DNA from: Thermoplasmatales archaeon SW_10_69_26
GTDB lineage: Archaea; Thermoplasmatota; SW-10-69-26
DNA length: 64,000 nucleotides
Direction: 5' to 3'
Assembly: GCA_003009755.1 (NCBI GenBank)
Contig: PXUB01000030.1
Location: forward strand, 1 to 64,000
The notes under the pieces are model-generated. The model worked only from the letters and a program-made list of their open reading frames with translations, had not been told where the DNA came from and did no database searches. Shown piece by piece: positions 60,214 to 64,000 of the stretch. The position numbers and the translations under genes were made by a program. Numbering within the stretch: the stretch's first letter is position 1; each line of letters opens with the position of its first letter.

Positions 60214-61545
60214 ATGAGCGAGGACCGCAGCTGGCTGGACTACTACACCAGCCCGTGGCTGGGGTTGGCCCTGCTGCTGACGGGCTTGTCGCTCGGAACC
60301 TGGGCTTCCGGGCTCGTCACTCCCGTGCAGGACACTGTGGACTACCTGATCACCGGACTGAACACAGCTGCTCCGTACATCATCCTCTTCACCGTTCTCC
60401 CCGCGCTCGTCGACCTCTTCGATACGGCGGGCGGACGGGCTCCGCTCATCGTGCTCCTCCTCTTCCTCGGCTCGTCGGTGACCGCTGGCCTCTTCGGGCT
60501 TGCCGTCTCCGGCTTGGCCTTCCAGCTCCCGCTGGCGGGTGGCAGCGGAGGGGGCTTCCTGAGCGTTCTCGTCGAGAACCTGACGCAGCTGTCGGCGGCT
60601 CCTGCGATCATCGCCGTCTTCTGGGCCTTCGCCAGCGCGATCGTCCTCCACCTCCTGATCGTGGTCGACCGGAAGACCGCTGACGATGGGCTGTTGGCCG
60701 GCGTCGTCGGGCCGCTGGGGTACTTCGCCCGTCAGACGCGACGGATCTTCTTGATCATCTTCGAAAAGGGAGTGGATCGCTTGGGGGGCCTGCTCGAGTA
60801 CACGATCCCGATCCTCCTCTTCTCGATCGGGACCTACGTCCCCGTCTCCGTCCAAGATGCATCACAACGGGCCGCCGAGGCCAGCGAGGGTTTCAACGCC
60901 GTCGCCTGGTACCTGGGAACGGCCGCGCTGGTCGCCGGGGCCACCCTCGTGTTCCTGGCGCTCGTCGGCGTCCTGGCCATCAAGCTCGCCGGTCGTGACC
61001 CCGGCAGGGCGTTCCGCGAGTACGTGGTCCCCGTCTACGCCTTCGCCTGGTCGTCGGTCTCCAGCACCGCCACGATCCCGATCAACCTCGAGAAGGCCGA
61101 CGAGGGGCTCGACGCCCGGGAGTCCACGCGCGGGTTCGTCATCCCGCTTGGCGCCACGATCAACCTCGACGGCACGCTCATCGCTTCGATGCTCATCACG
61201 CCCGTCGTCGCGGAAGCGATCGGACTGGGCCTCACCTTCCCCGAGCTGGCCGCCACGCTGCTCCCGCTGCTCGTCATGACCGTCGGCGCCCCCGGGCTCC
61301 CCGCCGGCATGTCGTTCCTCGCGCCACCCGTCATCGCGGCCGTGCTCGGCCTCTCCGGCGCCGTCGAAGAGGCCTTCATCGGGGTCTGGTTCGCGTTCAG
61401 CCTCGGCCTGGCCGACCAGTTCCGCACCGGCGTCAACAGCGTCAACAACGGCTTCATCACGCTGATCGCCGAGCGCATCCTCTACGGCCCGCCCAGCGAG
61501 GTCGACACGACGACCGCCGAGGACCCCGAGCCGACGCCGGCGTGA
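60214..61545 (+). CDS. Dicarboxylate/amino acid:cation symporter (DAACS, GltP family)
   Basis: SSVSSTATIP; PLGATINLDGT; DQFRTGVN. Confidence 0.9.
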   Translation: MSEDRSWLDYYTSPWLGLALLLTGLSLGTWASGLVTPVQDTVDYLITGLNTAAPYIILFTVLPALVDLFDTAGGRAPLIVLLLFLGSSVTAGLFGLAVSGLAFQLPLAGGSGGGFLSVLVENLTQLSAAPAIIAVFWAFASAIVLHLLIVVDRKTADDGLLAGVVGPLGYFARQTRRIFLIIFEKGVDRLGGLLEYTIPILLFSIGTYVPVSVQDASQRAAEASEGFNAVAWYLGTAALVAGATLVFLALVGVLAIKLAGRDPGRAFREYVVPVYAFAWSSVSSTATIPINLEKADEGLDARESTRGFVIPLGATINLDGTLIASMLITPVVAEAIGLGLTFPELAATLLPLLVMTVGAPGLPAGMSFLAPPVIAAVLGLSGAVEEAFIGVWFAFSLGLADQFRTGVNSVNNGFITLIAERILYGPPSEVDTTTAEDPEPTPA

Positions 61546-61657
61546 GGCGGGGTTCGCGGCGGACGACCCAGAGGCACCCTTGGGGTATCCCGATGCAGAC
61601 CAAGGCAGCTGACGTCCGCCGATCGGGCCAACCCGGTGGTGGGGGAACCCAGGCGAG

Positions 61658-62137
61658 CTACCCGTCGAGGAACTTCTCCATCGTCCACTCGGCGTGCTCG
61701 AGGCCGGCGTCCTCGTACATCTGTTCGACCTCGGGCAGCCACGAGAGGACGTCCACGCGGTAGTAGGGGAGGTCCTTGCCCTCGAACCAGGCTTCGGCAG
61801 CCTGCAACAGCATGCGGCCCACGCCCTTGCCGCGGTGACCCTCCTTGACGAAGTGGCCGTAGACGTGGCCGTGCTTGGAGACCTTGAACACCGGGTGACC
61901 GCCGGTGATGCGGGCTTCGATCACGCCGACGAGCTCCTCGTCGTCCTCGGCGACGAACAGGGTGGCGTGCTCGGCGTCGACCATCCGGTTCAGGAAGTAG
62001 TCCCGCCACTTCCCGTAGGCGCCCTCGCGGGCCTCGTAGCGGTCGTCTGTGGGCGCCAGGAAGCCGACGAAGCTCTTCCAGAGGTCCACGATATCGTCGG
62101 CGTCTGCTTCCTCGGCGGGACGGACGATGACCGACAC
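61658..62137 (-). CDS. GNAT family N-acetyltransferase
   Basis: VRPAEEAD; HRGKGVGRMLL. Confidence 0.88.
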   Translation of the reverse strand: MSVIVRPAEEADADDIVDLWKSFVGFLAPTDDRYEAREGAYGKWRDYFLNRMVDAEHATLFVAEDDEELVGVIEARITGGHPVFKVSKHGHVYGHFVKEGHRGKGVGRMLLQAAEAWFEGKDLPYYRVDVLSWLPEVEQMYEDAGLEHAEWTMEKFLDG

Positions 62138-62746
62138 GCCGTCGGCAACCGGACGCCCCGTCAAGAGGTTACCGGAGCTTCGACGTGCCCGTCGACGGCG
62201 ACCGCGCCGACACGGGCCCGGCGACGGTAGCTCTGCGCGAGGATTCAACCGCGCCTAAGATCGGTAACACTGGGGCCTAGGCCGCTGGCGAGGGGGGTTT
62301 CTTTCTTCGCGACCGTTTTTCTTTGTCCCCCTCGCCAGGCGAGAAGGCCCCGTAGAAAGAAAGAGGGTCGAAGAGAGGAAGAACGAGCGGACGAGGGGGC
62401 GAGGATCCGATGAAGAGGTGTTGCCGAGGTGTTGCCGAACCCACACACGCCCGGCCTCGTCCGCTTCACGCCCAACGTCCCCGCGGGCCCATATCAATCG
62501 TCTCGTGAAGCCGTATTCGCGTCGTCGAACAGGCGTTGGTCGGGCCTGTCAGGCGATGTGGCGGGTCGCCTGCGGGTCGGCGGCACGCGTACCCGACGGC
62601 TGCCCCGTCGAGGCGGACAGAGGGAGCTCGCGGGCGGGGCCGGCTCCCTCAGCGCGTGGGTCCGACGGACTGACGGGTCCCGTGAAAGATAAGCCTCTTA
62701 TCAACCGGCACCGGTAGTTGGCCTGATGACAGGCCCGGGGGTGCGG

Positions 62747-64000
62747 ATGCCCGACGCGGGGGACGAGCCGGCGTTGCGGAAGACGATCCGGCAGCGGCTC
62801 GCCGACACGCGATCGCGGACGCTGGCGTTCCTGGACGCGATGCAGGACGAGCACCTCCACGGGCAACCCGAGCCCACGATGGGGGTCCCTGCCTGGGACG
62901 TCGGCCACATCGGCTGCTTCGAGCACCGCTGGCTCGTCGACGAGCTCGGCGGCGAGGAGGTCGAGCCCGAGCTGCTGGCGCTGTTCGATCCCATCGAGCA
63001 TCCCCGCAGCGAGCGTGGCGGGATCGAGATCGGCTCCCGGGAGGAACTGTTGGGCTTCCTGGCGGACGTGCGCTCGGCCAGCCTCGCCAGGCTGGAGGAG
63101 ACACAGCTCGACGGGAGCCAGCGGCTGACCCGCGACGGGTTCGTGCACGACATGGTCGTCCGCCACGAGGACCAGCACCGCGAGACGGTGCTGGCGACCC
63201 TCCAGATGTTCGGCGGATCCGACACCGAGCCCTACGAGCTGCCCGACCCACGCGAGCTGCCCGAGGCCTCGCGGGACGTCGACGGCATGGTCGAGGTGCC
63301 CGAGACGACGTTCACGCTGGGCGCCCAGCCCCAGGTGGGCACCTACGATGCCGAGTGGCCCGTCCAGGAGGTCGACCTCGACGCCTTCGCGATCGATCGC
63401 GCCCCGGTGACGAACGCCGAGTTCCTCGCCTTCGTCGAGGACGGCGGTTACGACGATCCCGAGCACTGGAGCGAGGATGGCTGGATGATCCGGGAAGCCC
63501 TCGACCGGGAGCACCCCAAGTACTGGACGCACACCGGCGAGGGTTGGCGCGTGCGCCGCTACGACCGGACCCAACCCCTCCCACCCGAGGAACCCGTCGT
63601 GCACGTCAGCTACTACGAGGCCGAGGCCTACGCGAACTGGGCCGGCAAGCGTCTGCCCACGGAGGCCGAGTGGGAGGCAGCCGCCGGCGTCGACCCCGAC
63701 ACCGGCACCAAGCACCGGTTCCCGTGGGGCGAGGAGGCCTGGACGGCCGGCAAGGCCAACCTCGGGCAGCGCTCGGGCCGCCCGGCGCCGGTCGGCGCCT
63801 ATCCCGAGGGGGTCTCCCCGGCCGGCTGCCACCAGATGGTCGGCGACGTCTGGGAGTGGACCTCGACCGAGTTCACCGGCTACCCCGGGTTCGAGGCGTT
63901 CCCCTACCCCGAGTACGCCGCCGAGCACGTAGACCACGGGTTCCAAGTGTTGCGCGGCGGCTCGTGGGCTACGATGCCGTCCTGCGCGCACGTCACCTTC
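62747..64000 (+). CDS. egtB: EgtB/SenA-like sulfoxide synthase (DinB plus FGE-sulfatase domains), truncated by window end
   Basis: Open frame absent from the ORF track: WDVGHIG, HEDQHRET, PVTNAEF, PVVHVSYYEAEAYA, RLPTEAEWE, GDVWEW, VLRGGSW. Confidence 0.85.
   Translation, partial: MPDAGDEPALRKTIRQRLADTRSRTLAFLDAMQDEHLHGQPEPTMGVPAWDVGHIGCFEHRWLVDELGGEEVEPELLALFDPIEHPRSERGGIEIGSREELLGFLADVRSASLARLEETQLDGSQRLTRDGFVHDMVVRHEDQHRETVLATLQMFGGSDTEPYELPDPRELPEASRDVDGMVEVPETTFTLGAQPQVGTYDAEWPVQEVDLDAFAIDRAPVTNAEFLAFVEDGGYDDPEHWSEDGWMIREALDREHPKYWTHTGEGWRVRRYDRTQPLPPEEPVVHVSYYEAEAYANWAGKRLPTEAEWEAAAGVDPDTGTKHRFPWGEEAWTAGKANLGQRSGRPAPVGAYPEGVSPAGCHQMVGDVWEWTSTEFTGYPGFEAFPYPEYAAEHVDHGFQVLRGGSWATMPSCAHVTF

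Noticed and set aside
62250-62740. Replication origin
   Set aside because: No ORB consensus and no adjacent orc1/cdc6 gene

Overview
High-GC archaeal chromosomal segment. Archaeal origin rests on the proteasome alpha subunit, RadB, Hel308-Cgi121, archaeal-type GlyRS, a type A RNase P RNA and three tRNAs without encoded CCA. The very acidic proteins suggest a halophile, and a halophilic Thermoplasmatota-like lineage is my inference only. Housekeeping genes are mixed with many secreted, lipid-anchored or PKD surface proteins, two subtilases, three BNR-repeat lipoproteins, an ABC-2 exporter, one IS1595 element with TIRs and a target duplication, and several frameshifted genes. Most notable: (1) all three tRNAs are followed by mosaic arrays of related, covarying hairpin modules (REP/BIME-like); (2) a 7-gene ECF operon with a split transcobalamin-like pair (DUF4430 plus alpha6/alpha6 barrel on an Ig/PKD stalk) and a degenerate asparagine-synthase-like protein; (3) several unexplained structured intergenic regions, one closed by a 13-bp stem with a 3' ACCA; (4) an orphan archaellin-like gene broken at a G6 tract. 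All family calls come from motif recognition by eye, not database searches.
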